Shown: positions 14,281 through 31,280 of the stretch, piece after piece | Layout: each line of letters starts with the position of its first letter | Numbering within the stretch: position 1 is the first letter of the stretch | Source: the human T2T-CHM13v2.0 reference genome, Homo sapiens | Strand: one strand, 5' to 3' | Length of the DNA stretch: 64,000 nucleotides | Assembly: GCF_009914755.1 (NCBI RefSeq) | Contig: NC_060934.1 | The notes under the pieces: generated by a model | Databases searched by the model: none | What the model saw: the letters and a program-made list of their open reading frames with translations, nothing else | What the model was told of the DNA's origin: nothing | Translations under genes and position numbers: made by a program

Positions 14281-14828
14281 CAAATGAAAACAACATCCCA
14301 TGCTCATAGATCGGAAGAATCAATATCATTAAAATGGCCATACTGCCCCCCCAAATTTACAGATTCAATGCTATTCCTATCAAACTACCATGACATTCTT
14401 CACAGAACTAGAAAAAAACTATTTTAAAACTCCTATGGACCCCAGAAAAACCCAAATAACCAAGGCAGTCCTAAACTAAAAGAACAAAGCTGGAGCCATC
14501 ACAATACCTGACTTGAAACTATACTACAGGGGTACAGTAACGAAAACAGCATGGTACTGGTACAAAAATAGACACATAGACCAATAAAATGGAATAGAGA
14601 GCTCAGAAATAGGGCCTCACACCTACAGGCATCTGATCTTCAACAAAGCTGACAAAAGCAAGCAATGGGGAAAAGACTCCCTATCCAATAAATGATGCTG
14701 GGAGAACTGGCTAGCAATATGTGGAAGATTGAAACTGGACCCCTTCCTTATACCATATACAAAAATCAATTCAAGATGGATTAAAGACGTAACTGTAAAA
14801 CATAAAACTATAAGAACCCTGGAAAACA
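14281..14828 (+). mobile_element. L1 ORF2 fragment, inverted relative to the adjacent 3' end
   Basis: catcccatgctcatagatcggaagaatcaatatc..aaaacagcatggtactggtac..ctggaccccttccttataccatatacaaaaatcaattcaagatggattaaagac. Confidence 0.9.
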
Positions 14829-15121
14829 TTTTTATGTTAAATAAAAGAGTGGTTATAGAATGAATATGTTAAAACTTTTTTTTAAACCATGACTTTTTAA
14901 AAAGAAGTCATTCTATCTGCCTAATTTTAAAAATATTTTAATGCTAGAAATAAGGAGTGTAAATGTTTAAAACCACAGTCATCAACTTTAATTTCTCTTT
15001 TAATTTTTATTTTAAAATGTAATCTTAGTAAACCTGAATATTTTATATTTTTTCTAACTTATCTGGGAAGAAATATGTGTAGTTAAATCAAACTCCTGTT
15101 TCTCCTGCTTACTATGAAATT

Positions 15122-15460
15122 CAGTAGTTCTCTCTTATCCATGGTTTCATGTTCCATGGTTTCAACGCCCTTGGTAAACAGAGGCCCAAAAAATAGGTGA
15201 GTACAGTACACCAAGATATTTTGAGAGACCACATTTACGTAACTTTTCTTACAGTATATTGTTATGATTGTTCTATTTTATTATTAGTTATTGTTGTTAA
15301 TCTCTTACTATGTTTAATTTACAAAGTAAACTTTATCATAGGCACATATATATAGAAAAAAATCGTCTATATGTCTATATAGGGTTTGGTAATATCTGAG
15401 GTTTTAGGCACTCACTGGGGGACTTGGAATGTATCCCCCAAGGAAAAGGAAGAACTACAG
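15122..15460 (+). mobile_element. MER44A-like Tigger MITE
   Basis: cagtagttctctcttatccatgg ... ggaaaaggaagaactacag degenerate TIRs, about 340 bp. Confidence 0.75.
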
Positions 15461-16318
15461 TGTGTTTATTACTTTAAGTAATACAACTATTTAAGAACCA
15501 GATAACTATATTTAGAACAATGTCTTTGAATTCCTCATCATATATAAAATAATTAAGCTTTTTTTTTTTCTCTGAGTCTCTAGTGCCAAATCAGTCACTG
15601 GATAAAAAGCAAATATATCTCTTCAGGATTTTGATTTCCTTATTTAAAAATTGAGCAGTAACTTTGCTTGTTGAAGATTCACTATAGTATGGTCACAATA
15701 GCACAGAATTTAGTATCTAATAGGTCTAGACACAAACCAAACAAATATTTAATATAGCAAAAGTTCAGAAAGCCTAGTTGTAACAATATTTAGCTACACC
15801 ATAGATCATGTTATATCCCGAGTCAAGCTGCATATAATTCAATTAGCTATCACATCCAGCTAATAAGACATAATTGAATAGTAATTTTCAAGGCCTTGAG
15901 ATATCAGTTATTGTAGTGAACAGTTTAATTGATAGTAAAACTAGAAATGGCAGGTGTCCCCCCTTCCAGCTAAGCTTGGGTTCAGTCTTTAGAATCAACA
16001 CAGGGTTCTAGGCAGGTCAGATGAGTCTACCAGTTTGTTCTTGAGATGAAACTTGCTTGCAACTAATAGCTCTTATATAGTGTCCCAAAAGAATTAATGT
16101 GACATTACAGAATATGCCATTTGGCCGTCATCTTGTTTCCCATTATTGGATTGGACTTGTGGTATCATTTCTGTTTATATCAACCCTAGAATTCAAATAA
16201 TGAGGAAAGCACTAACCATTTTCAGAATTTTAAAAACTTCAATTCATAGTCACTTGGCACCTAAGTTTTCACATGTGCTGGTGAAATGAAAAAAAAAAAA
16301 AAAAAAAATTTGTAATAG

Positions 16319-16413
16319 AATCTTTCTTTCTTTCTTTCTTTCTGTGTTTCTTTCTTTCTTTCTTTCTTTTTCTTTCTTTTCTTTCTTTTCTTTTTCTTTC
16401 TTTCTTTCTTTTT
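16319..16413. repeat. (TTTC)n microsatellite forming the polypyrimidine tract of pseudo-exon 6
   Basis: Runs up to the CCAG acceptor ending at 16417. Confidence 0.95.
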
Positions 16414-16417
16414 CCAG

Positions 16418-16628
16418 CTCAGTGTGGGGGGAAGAGTAACAGGGCAAAGTGGTGTTGTTGAAAGCATTGGCCATCTAATGCTTCCATATAGAGACAACTT
16501 ATTCTGTGAGTGGCATCTCCAGGGGCTCTCCAGACACTATCTCACCAACTCTTTCGAAGATTTTAACCTTCAGAATTCCTCTGGCTGTGAAAAAGACTTT
16601 GTGGAGATCTGGGACTATCATACTTCTG
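16418..16628 (+). pseudogene. CUBN pseudo-exon 6 (CUB17 N-half)
   Basis: ttccag|[69 protein letters not shown]|gttagt. +1 G in the G-run near 16430. Confidence 0.93.
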
Positions 16629-17279
16629 GTTAGTGAAATATATCTGCTCTCTTTGGGGTGTTTATTTTCGCATGTACTTATTCAGCCTCTGAAGTTTCTG
16701 CACTTCCGAGAAAGGCAAAAGCATGTCTATACTCTGCAGAGAAGTGCAGATTAATGAGCTTTGGGCAGTACCAGTGATTCTCTACCTCAATTCTACCATT
16801 ACAATGGATGTCCAGAGCCCAGGTGTCATATAGCCTACCCTGGAGGCCACCTGGGGAGAGCAATGGTAGTGGGAAGGCAACCTGTTGCTGCTGAGGCATC
16901 CCATTGCCACATGCCATTATTTGAGGGGTGTTCTATAGCTTGAGGCAGACAGAGGGTCATGCATGTCTCCTGGCAGTAGCATAAGGCAGATATTTGTCAC
17001 TCTGTTTGTCTCAGACCACTTTTTCAACCAGATAAGCAAGCCTTCCTCATTGTCCTGAGATATCCTTCCCCTAACTGGTTGCATTTTTTTCACTTCTTCA
17101 TATATTTGAACATGTTAATTTTCATTCATGTTTTCCTGTTTTCTTGACAGAGAGTAACTTTTCTTCATGGGCAAGGTCTTGTTTTTTATTATTTTCTTTG
17201 TATACGCAGGACACCTCGAATAGAGGTTAAAAGAAATCAATCACCTGGACATATATATTTAATTATTTGTCTCTCACAG

Positions 17280-17420
17280 GAAACATCTTGGGAAGATACT
17301 GTGCAAACACCATTCCTGACAGCACAGACACTTCTAGCAATACTGCCGTGGTCAGGTTTGTCATAGACGGCTCTCTGACTGCCTCAGGATTCAGACTGCA
17401 ATTTGAATCCAGCATGGAAG
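17280..17420 (+). pseudogene. CUBN pseudo-exon 7 (CUB17 C-half)
   Basis: cacag|[46 protein letters not shown]|gtgatt. Frame is open. Confidence 0.92.
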
Positions 17421-17765
17421 GTGATTTCATTGATTAATTCAAAACAACATTGAGCACCTGCATTGGACAGACACTATGCTAGGCACTGGTGTTACAATAG
17501 TTTGAAAAGCAAAATAAAACATGACCTCTATCTTCTTGGACCTTAATCAAAAAGTTACACTGACAAATGAAAAATTACAGCTGTGATCAATGCTATAAGG
17601 GAAAACTAGTTATAATAAGAGGATGAGAGTTATACTGCAATGCTTGCCTTAAGAAAGTCCTGTAGTTACTCAGAATTTGCTTTACTGCAAATCCAACAAA
17701 CTCAGATGAAATAAAGATCTTGTTTGGAAAAACTGGATACTTACATTAACCTCCTGATTTTCCTG

Positions 17766-18164
<399 letters not shown>

Positions 18165-18456
18165 GATTTTCCTGATTCTTAAGTTCATTATATTCATTGG
18201 TCTCTTATATTTCTTGGGTCATGATGATAATTAAATTGCTGTCTGTGGACTATCATCCATGGAAGCCAGGGTTAAATATTAATAGAGATAGGAAATGAAT
18301 GTATATATTCACTAAAATCCTCACACACATAAATATGGAGAATAATTTTGTCTAGAAGGGTAATTTTTAAATACCTGAATTTTGAGAGCTTTCCTGATGG
18401 AAGGAGATATTTTGATTTGATTGGAAGTTTTCTTGGCTTTTTTTCCCCCACACCAG

Positions 18457-18637
18457 AGTGTGGTGGGGATCTCAGGGCTCTGCTGGAACATCTACTTCTC
18501 CCAACTACCTGAACCTAAATCCTCATGGCCGGATCTACGAGTGGAGAATCACCGCCCCAGAAGGAAGGCAGATCACCCTAACGTTTAGCAACCTGAGGCT
18601 GGCCATGCATCTGTCCTGCAACAGTGAGCATGTGATA
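18457..18637 (+). pseudogene. CUBN pseudo-exon 8 (CUB18 N-half)
   Basis: caccag|[59 protein letters not shown]|gtaagc. 1-nt deletion near 18472. Confidence 0.92.
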
Positions 18638-19249
18638 GTAAGCGTTCCCTGTGGCCTGAGATGTTATATTCCATCATTTAAGGAGTTTACTGACCCATAA
18701 ATCATAGTCAGAAAACTAGGTCAGGAAAATTGCTGTCTATGCAACTATAACTCAGACAAATTCTAAGTATTGTTGAGAGAACAAAACACGGTAAACTGTC
18801 AAAATAATTGTAAACATTGTTTTAAGAGACTATCAGCTATCACTCCATGCATGAGGGTCATAGATAGAATACATTTTAAGAGTGAATGATAATGACAAAT
18901 GGCAAAACCGGGGAGGCTGTGGGAAGCTAAGCCTACAGGAGCACATAGATGAATGGGACCAGAGTCACAGCACAAGCCACCACCGAAAGTTCTGAGCAGA
19001 TGGGTTGTCCTGCATAATGACTGCTCTTTCCAGGGGTGCAGAGGGACTCCTGGTGGGAGAGCACTACTACCTGACCTCCATGTCGCCAACCTCCAGTGGT
19101 TTCAGATGTGCCCTCAGCACTCTCAGCTTCCTGCAGTGAAAGAAAGCAAATGAGATCCCTGAGTGTGAATAACAAATAGATTGTTAACTGTGAAGTGCTA
19201 TACATACATATGTGTGTGTAGATAGGTAGACTGGATTAATATTAGTACA

Positions 19250-20135
19250 TTTCTCCACCCAACTTGCCCCTTCTGCAGTATATGCTATCTCAGTAAATAA
19301 TTCCAAACTTCTGGTTGCTAAGGTCAAAAATCTTGATGTCTATTTTGGAATACTTCCTCTCACACCCTATATGGCATCTACAAGCAAGTCCTCTCACACC
19401 CTATATGGCATCTATAAGCAAGTATCTTTAAAAATATTCACAAACTACTTGTTATATCTACTACTGCCACCCCCACCGTTCACTTGGATTATTTTATAAG
19501 TTCCCTCTGGTGCCCCTGCCTCCATTCTCATCTCCCTACATTCTCAACACAGCAGCATGTGATGGTTTTAAACCTCAATCAGATCATGTTGCTCCCTTTG
19601 AAAATCCTCTAATGGCTTCTCATCTCACTCAGAGGAAAATCCCAAATTGCACCTGTGGCCCACCTGGCCAACATTATCTGCTGCCCCTCCCTCTTCTACC
19701 TGTCTGTGTTATCTCAAACTCCCCTCTTCTCTGCTCGCTGGGGTCCAGGCACCTGGCCTCCATTCCATTCCTTGAATGTGCTGAGATGCTCCCTGTCCAG
19801 CTGTTGCCTTCATCTGGAATGCCCCTGTTCAGATGGCAGCCCGCTCCACACCCTCACTTCATTCAGGTCTCTGCTTGAATGCCTTTTAATCCATAGGGTG
19901 TAAGTATCTTATATTACAGACCCCACCCTAGCCTGACACTTCTCTGCCATGTTGTTTTATAGCACTTTACAACTGCTGCCATACATCATTTTGATTTGTT
20001 CATCAGTTTATTGTCTGCTTCCCCCACTAGAATGTAAGCTCCTTGAGCTCAAGCCATAGTTTCATTCACTGCTGGGGACTCACTGAATCCCCAATGCCTG
20101 TATATAATAGAGATAAATAATTGTTGAATGAATGG
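19250..20135 (+). mobile_element. Old L2 fragment
   Basis: ttattgtctgcttcccccactagaatgtaagctccttgag..ttgttgaatgaatg terminus. Confidence 0.6.
19355..19422. repeat. 34-bp tandem duplication
   Basis: tcctctcacaccctatatggcatcta(c/t)aagcaag x2, one mismatch. Confidence 0.92.
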
Positions 20136-22171
20136 ATAGTAGAGGTACTATCATTATCCCTTTAATAAGAAGCCACTTTTGTTTTCAGTTTAATTGTCTC
20201 CTGTTGGGTGGTGAATCTCAAAAATATGAAATATATTTGTAACTTATGACCACTTTGTATCACCCTAAAATGATCTCATTCAACCTTCAGATTTTATTTC
20301 CAAGTTCTAATATCTGAAGGACGGAACTATTGTCTTTCAGATCTTGAAAATAAGAAACCAAGTGTGTTTTCTTTTATTTGAGAGCCAGGAAATTTTGGAC
20401 TAAGGTTGTTTATTATAAAGAAACTTTGTTTCCTATTATTGATTGAATATATATAAAGAAAGATGAAGTAGAAAAAATACTAACCACTCCCACTATACCA
20501 TATTTTGATGCATTTTCTCATCTCTTCTTGGCAAAGCATATTTTAGGTACTTGTAATCATGTGATATAAATCCACTTGAATTCTAATTTTAGTCTATTTT
20601 TCTGGTTATAAATATCATGGATGCTTATTGAGCAATATTTGGAGAGTTCAGAAAATAAAAAATATAAAGATATTTTTAATTCTACTCATCTATTACTAAA
20701 ATTTAGATATATATGCTAACAGTTGTTTTTTACCTTTGAAATTATTTTTATAGTTTAAATCATACTGAATATAATGATTATTAGGAATTTTACAAGCAGA
20801 GTATTAACATGTCCTTTAGGAAAGAGAATACGAACAGTCATAGTTTTGGAACTCAAATAAAGATAAAAGTTATAGCCACAACCACAAATTCCAAAGCAGA
20901 TCTTACTTGTCATCTCTCTATACCTTAATTATCAACTTATAACTCTTGCAGCTACTGCTGGTGGGTTTTATGTCCTTATTTCTAAATAATATTCCTATTC
21001 TACTACTCCTTGCTTTTTTTGGACATTATCTATCCACATCCTACTCTGGAAGATGAGAATTAGCCCTCTGCCACCACAAATGCACATGGGGTATACACAG
21101 TTTATATACTTTCCCAAAAGTCCCCCAAAATACATATGTCACAGCTTTTGCTGAAATTGTCATTCAGTTGACATTACCATGATTATGTAAACACCATTCA
21201 CAACTGAGCCAAGTAGTGTACTATGGCAACATTTGCTTTTGTTTTCCCAAGGAATAATAATAATTGTGCCCTCTTTACATTTTCTTGGGTTTTACGCATT
21301 GATCACTAATTCTTCCACACCCTTTCCACCCTAGGTGTGCATCTTAACCTTCTGTAGTAAAACATGTCAGTTCCATTTCTTTTCCTCAGTAATATCCTTC
21401 CTTGAGCCTTTGTCCATCAGCTGCAAGCCTGATGATAGCTGTCATTTCAGAATTTCCCTTTGCCATCAGATTTGCAAGTTCCTTCATTCTGCTCCTGGGC
21501 TAGAAAGCTGGCTTTGTGTTGCTATGTACATCCCTTTCTTGGTTAATTTCCTCTTTTGTGAGGCATACCCTCTTGTAACTCCCCAAGGAAATGGGCAAGG
21601 GCAATACATATTTTAAGAAATGATATACCTGAAATTATCTTTATTTTACCATCGTTCTTCGAAAAATATATATTTAAATATTTTATATGTTCACTATATT
21701 AATATATCCATGAATATATTAATAATTTTGAAGTTTTGTGTGGCTTATCTGGGGTCAGTTTTCTTCATGTTCCTATCTCGTGTTTACTTATATTGGTCTC
21801 TGCCTTTTACATTAGTCACTTCCCTAAATATCTGCTGATCCTTGGCTATTCATTCATATTTAAGAATGAATTCCCGAAAGGATGACTGGCATCTCTGTAT
21901 GCATGAGGGTGCCTTGACTCTTTAAATAGGGAAACCTACAAACCTACAAATCTCATATCCACAGGTCTTTTCTCTTGGGGAGGTTAAAACTCCAGCAAGG
22001 AATCACTCTAAGAACTAATTTTTTTCTGAATCTTTAGCATAATGTCCACATTCCTTTTTCTAAAATATATTTTTATATGTTCAATGTTTATTTTGGTTCC
22101 TCTTTACTCTGCTCCAAACAAGGGCATGTGGGTTGGCCTTTGCCCCCACTCTATTTGATTGAGAACTTGCC

Positions 22172-22432
22172 AAAAAAAGGAAGAAGAAAGATGAAAGAGG
22201 GAGAAGAAGGAGAAGCAGGATGAGAAGGAGGAGAAGAAGAGGGAGAAGGAGGAGAAGAAGAGGGAGAAGGAGAGGGAGAAGGAGACAGAGGGAGAAGGGG
22301 AAGGAGAAAAAAAGGAGAAGGAGAAAAGGGGAAGAAGAAGAAGGAGAAAGAGAAGGAAGAGGAGACTGAGAAGGAGAGGGAGAAAGAGAAAAGAAGAAGG
22401 AGAAGAAAAAAAAAGAGTAAAGAAGAAAGAAG
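22172..22432. repeat. GA-rich polypurine low-complexity tract
   Basis: (GAA/GGA/GAG)n for about 260 bp with very few pyrimidines. Confidence 0.95.
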
Positions 22433-23660
22433 ATCTGCTGGTGCAGAGGCAGCTTTAACTTTCATTGCACTGCTTCGTGGCTAATGCCTTATCCAGCTGG
22501 TCTGAGCCTAAAATTTCTCCAAAGCCACCTGCCTATCTGACTCTCTGTACAGACAGAGAAAATGAAAAGCTATGCCACCCGGTGTGACCTACAATATGAC
22601 CTATATCTGATTTTGTCCCGTTCATAGCAAATTTTATAGCCTGTCCTAAATCTCACGTACCTACAGCCTATCCATTTGTATTCTGAGAGTTGTAGTTTCT
22701 GAGTACAAAAGGGATTAGAGGACAATGATGGGAATTGCATTCTGGTTGCTTCTAACAGCAGAAGTCCATGTGATAAATGGATGACTATAACATGTTCAGT
22801 CATTGTGATTCTACGCCAAAGGCAGACTCAGAGGCAGGATAACAGCCATTGATCATGGTTTCCAACATGTACTGTTAACCTTGCAGTTGGTTCTAATACC
22901 TTTTGATTTTGGCAATGTGATGCCCATTCCTGTTTTCAGCATTATAGAAATATTTGTCCTCATCTGTTTCTTTATACACTACTTCATGGTTTGGAATCAG
23001 AAGGATGGTTTGAATCCCAGTTCTATTATTACTAATTATTTGAACTTCAGCAAATTACATCATCTTTCTGAATTCTGGTATCTTAATCTGGAAAACAGGG
23101 ATACTATTATCTGCCTGGGAGGGTGTTGTGCTGATTAGATAAGACAGACTGAGTAGATGATGAGCAAAGACTGGCATTTTTGCCTGCTCAGTAAATGATA
23201 GCAAACTCTTCTTCTGGTCCCATGAGCCGGAAGACACTTTAGACCAGAAGCCTCCAGACAGCTAAATTTAATTAATTATAGTAAATTTTAAAAGCTGACA
23301 TCTTTTGTTGTGGAGTGCATTCTCCTACTGCATAACTTTTAGTGCCATAGTCTGAGTCATTATTTCTAATCTTGAGTCATTCAAATCCTTTTAAACACTG
23401 GAATATCAATCACTCAATCAATGAATTATTGTTTAGTTATTTCATCTAAATGTTTTTTTTGATTTTGTACAGCATTGGAACAATGTTTGCCAATTATTGT
23501 AACTATGTGAATGACTACAGTTATTATTTAATATTTTGGAGTCAATAATAATCCATTCTTAAAAACTCAACTGAGTAAGAAAATTGAAGCTTTGAATCCA
23601 TAACTAATAAGGAAAGAACTATTATGTTTAATTGCATATGGAGATTGATTTTTCAAATTA

Positions 23661-24056
<396 letters not shown>

Positions 24057-24459
24057 TTAAGCTTCCTTTCCAAATAACAAAAGTCCTGATGCATTGTTAA
24101 GAAAAACTGCCCATCAGTGAGCTCTGCACACCACATTGTAAGCACGATGGCTTATCTCCTTTACATTGGGAGCTCGGTTTCCAGTTCCAAACTGTATAGC
24201 AGCTTTTAATCTATGACCACATGGCAGGAAGGCATTACTGCAATACTTCCATTCTAGTGAAATCACCCTGAGGTCACAAAATGTGTTCAGGGTAACATAG
24301 TGGCTTGTGGCACTGGGATAGAAACCTGCATTGTTAGGTCATTCATTTTAGGGGAGGGTTCCCATAGAAGGAAGTAGGTCTGGGCTGGGAATATCACCTC
24401 CTAGGAAATATGCAGTAAGATGGATTGTGTGTCTAAAGGTTAAACTCTTTTTCCAACAG

Positions 24460-24631
24460 GTATTCAATGGCATTAGAAGTAACTCACCCCAGCTAGAGAA
24501 ACTGTGTAGTAGTGTGAATGTAAGCAGTGAGATTAAATCTTCAGGAAACACAATGAAAGTCATTTTTTTCACAGATGGATCTAGGCCGTATGGAGGATTC
24601 ACTGCTTCTCATACCTCCAGTGAAGATGCAG
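24460..24631 (+). pseudogene. CUBN pseudo-exon 9 (CUB18 C-half)
   Basis: caacag|[57 protein letters not shown]. Frame is open; donor reads ATAAAG instead of GT. Confidence 0.93.
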
Positions 24632-25696
24632 ATAAAGTGGGATGTTGTAAATGTACTTCATTTTAATCAGGTGCATTGCAGATGCCCCCCAGCTACTGCC
24701 AATGGCAGCAGAGCCATCCATTTTCCCTTTAGTGATCAAAGTTCACTTGGAATCTTTGACATAAGACAAACACATATAAGCAGATCAAAAACTTACTGCA
24801 GACAGAAAAAAAGCTTTCTGATTTCAGGAAGAAGCTGCTATGGTGAATTTAAAACTTGTAATGCCATTAGATGAGCTTCTAGCACAGTTTCAGTCATGTT
24901 ACCATGAGGATTGGTGTGACCTGTTCCATATTCCGTGGTCCATTATTTGGTGCTGAAAGAGACCATCTACCTCCTAGAAGGTAACTTAGTCTCGGAGAGT
25001 AATTAATTTTGCTGGGGACAGAACAGGCTTTATTGTTTCTGGTCGTCTATTCACACACGTATTTCCAGTGAAAATAAATGGGAGGTTTGATTTGATATAG
25101 AATATTTCAAAATTAAGCAAGATATGGCCTCTAATTATAAATATCCTCCTATTTCCTGGATTGGTGCTATTATCTAAGGGTTTTAAAATTTAGAAGTGGG
25201 AGTGAATATTTAAAAAAACCCACTAAGTTATTTCACTGGTACAGGAAGCATCTGTTCCTTTATTAAAAGGGGGCAAATTCATTGGTAGGCCAAGGTCCTA
25301 TTATCTGTCTGATTTAAATTAAATTATTAGATCAAGTGGAGAATTGCTAATCAAGCCATTAGGACCTGCCACCGTTATATTTGGGTATTCCTCTAAATTA
25401 AATATTAATGAGCACAGGGCCTCAATATTTGGACAAATTGATACAGAGCCAAACCCCAGCCACCTGATCTACACCAACAGGAAAATAGAGAAGTTGTTGA
25501 TTTTTGCACATTTTTCCTTTTTAAACTTGCAGAAACTTCCATAATTTGCATGCCTTTTACCCATAATCCTGATTGCATCTAGAAAAACAAATCAAAGCAG
25601 TAATGTTGATGTTTTAGTTACTGTTCCTATATTGTTTATCTCTTCTGTTGTGGCCTGAATCTTACTACTACTTTCTGTTGCCTTCTGTTTTCTTAG

Positions 25697-25903
25697 TGTG
25701 TGGTGGGTCTCTTCCAAATACTCCTGAAGGAAACTTTACTTCTCCTGGCTATGATGGAGTCAGGAATTACTCGAGAAACCTAAACTGTGAATGGACTCTC
25801 AGCAATCCAAATCAGGGAAATTCATCTATTTATATTCATTTTGAAGATTTTTACCTAGAAAGTCACCAAGACTGTCAATTTGATGTCCTTGAGTTTCGAG
25901 TGG
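25697..25903 (+). pseudogene. CUBN pseudo-exon 10 (CUB19 N-half), last CUBN exon in the window
   Basis: tcttag|[68 protein letters not shown]|gtgagt. Frame open, both splice sites intact. Confidence 0.94.
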
Positions 25904-25961
25904 GTGAGTTCTAAGAACACATTCTCCCATTTATCTACAATATTCTTTTTATCTTTTTGTT

Positions 25962-26015
25962 GTTGTGGCTGCTGTTGTTGTTTTGAGACAGGAGCTCACT
26001 CTCTGCCCAGACTGG
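25962..26015 (-). mobile_element. Alu tail fragment cut at the ERV junction
   Basis: (TTG)n-ttttgagacaggagctcactctctgcccagactgg, then ERV integrase sequence. Confidence 0.7.
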
Positions 26016-27292
<1,277 letters not shown>

Positions 27293-27296
27293 ACAC

Positions 27297-27714
27297 TTAG
27301 TGTCTTTAAACAACATATATGTATTCTCTCACAGTTCTGGAGGCCAGAATTCTAAATTCCCTCCCACTGAGTCAAGGTGGGAGCAGGGCAAGTGCCTTCG
27401 GAGGCTCTGTGGGAGAATCCATTTCCTGGCTCTGGAGGCAGCCTGCACTCCTCGACTTTTGATGCCCTCCTTGAATGACTCCAATTTCTCGCTTCCATCA
27501 CTACACCTCCCACCACTCTCCCATCACCTGCTCTGCTCTTACAAGGATCAGTGAGTACATCAACTTGCCACCTAAAGAAGCCGGGATAATCTTCCCTGCC
27601 AAAGGTCCTTAACTTCATTACATCTGCAAAGCTTCTTTTACCATATAAGGTAATGTTCACAGGTTCCTGGATCAGGATATGGGCATATTGAGGGGCCACT
27701 TATAAGCCTAATAC
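27297..27714 (-). mobile_element. MaLR LTR (MLT1D/E-like)
   Basis: Reverse complement matches the recalled MLT1 pattern ...ggaacctgtgaacattaccttatatggtaaaagaagctttgcagatgtaatgaagttaagg... Confidence 0.75.
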
Positions 27715-27810
27715 AGCTAGGCTGCAAAATACTACAAGTAGACTGCAAAACCATTACACCCTCTGGTGTTTTAATGATTGGGAGAAAAACAGTTGGGATT
27801 TTTTGCTTTG

Positions 27811-27876
27811 GGGTACTTCTTAACTTTGAATTTTTAAGGTCTAGGGTACCTCTTAAACTTGTATTTTTAAGGTCTA
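27811..27876. repeat. 33-bp tandem duplication
   Basis: gggtacttcttaactttgaatttttaaggtcta / gggtacctcttaaacttgtatttttaaggtcta. Confidence 0.88.
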
Positions 27877-27879
27877 GCC

Positions 27880-29463
<1,584 letters not shown>

Positions 29464-31030
29464 CTCTAAAGTCTTATTTCCACACAGCTAAGACATGTTT
29501 TAGGAAGTCTGCTAAAATACCCCTGGAGACCTCCTTATTGTGGTCTCCCTTTTGTCATGTTTAATTTGATTGATCTTTTCTGCCCTCCTGCTTTTCAGAA
29601 ATTTAAAGGCTAAAAAGAGGACCTAAACTTTAAAACTTCTCTTTTAGTCTCCCATTAAACTAATTGTAAGAACCACCAAAAAAGGGAAAAGTTCTTTGGA
29701 AAAATTATTTGGAAAGCAGTAAAATGATATGGACTGTTAGGATGTAAAACATAGGATATAAGTCATTATATGTTAGTGGTGCTCTGACATAGGGACCTAT
29801 TACTGAGAATCAACTTTTGCTCAATTTTCAGAGAAATGGAATGGTTGCATCACTTATCTACGTAAACAATTGAAGAACTGTCTGAAAGAAAATATGGTAT
29901 GTTTAAACTGGAAAAGTCCTGTAATACTTTGTTCATGAGCATTTACACAGTGGAGTTACTGTTAATTTTGGGGGTACTGTGGACAAGCCCAGGGCTGCCA
30001 GTGAATCGAGTCATCCTTACACGTCTCTCTTTGTAAGGTGCTTTGCAGTGTCTGTCTAAGTATTAGAAACATTCTTTGTTTCTAGATTACTGCAAAGCTA
30101 AGGAAAAGCTATATTTCTTTAATTATCAGCTAGCATTTCTTTTAAACTTTTAGCATGGATATTTGGGGATTTATTTACATATTTATTGCAAAGCCCTGGA
30201 TTATAGAGATTTAATTGAAGATTTTTTAAACTAATAGTTTCTCTGAATCTGCTTTGTTAAAATCAGTATTCACCAGGATGCCCCTGTTGTCTCTGTTTTT
30301 ATCTTAATGCATCACTGAGTTGACGTTAAATTTCAAATTCTTCTTTGCCCTTAATACTATTCTATCCTGAAGCCACCTTTATATACTGATGAAAGATGTT
30401 ATTATCATCTGTTTGTATATATCAAATGCTCACCTCACAATAGCATCAACCAGTGAAAAACATCACGTTTTACTGTTTTTATTTGGATAACTATTTACTT
30501 TGCAATCAACTAGCAAGGTATAAAATTGTATGATATGCAGAACTTTAACTGGATTGCTTTAAGTGAACATTTAAATATGATAAGCCATATTAATGATATT
30601 TAAGTTAATACACTTAAAATGAACATGTTTTATTCATCATGAGTAATACAACCTACCCCTCAATGAAAACCTAGAGTTAGAGTAAATTTGCTCATGAATT
30701 CAATAGCTTTTCCATAATATTTTTAGTTATTTGGTTAAGGTTCTCTTAATGTTTCTTTCACTTTTTAATAGTTTACGCCTTTTTTGCCTGGGTTTTTTAT
30801 TGGTTTGTTTAAAGCAAAATCTCATACCGTGTGCTACCTGGAAGCACTGTAACCTAGTGGCAAGATCATAGGCTCTAGGGACACACTGCCGGGCCACGTC
30901 TCTTCTCCTGTCTGAACCTTGGTCTTTTGTGGTCATGAGAACTGAAGATCTATCCTGAAGATTGGATAAGATAGTAAAGTGCTTCACATTAATTCCTGGC
31001 ATATAAATACATAATAAATGCTTCCACTTT

Positions 31031-31280
<250 letters not shown>

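Noticed and set aside
22151-22465. 104-aa S/P/F-rich ORF on the - strand
   Set aside because: By-product of the polypurine low-complexity tract.
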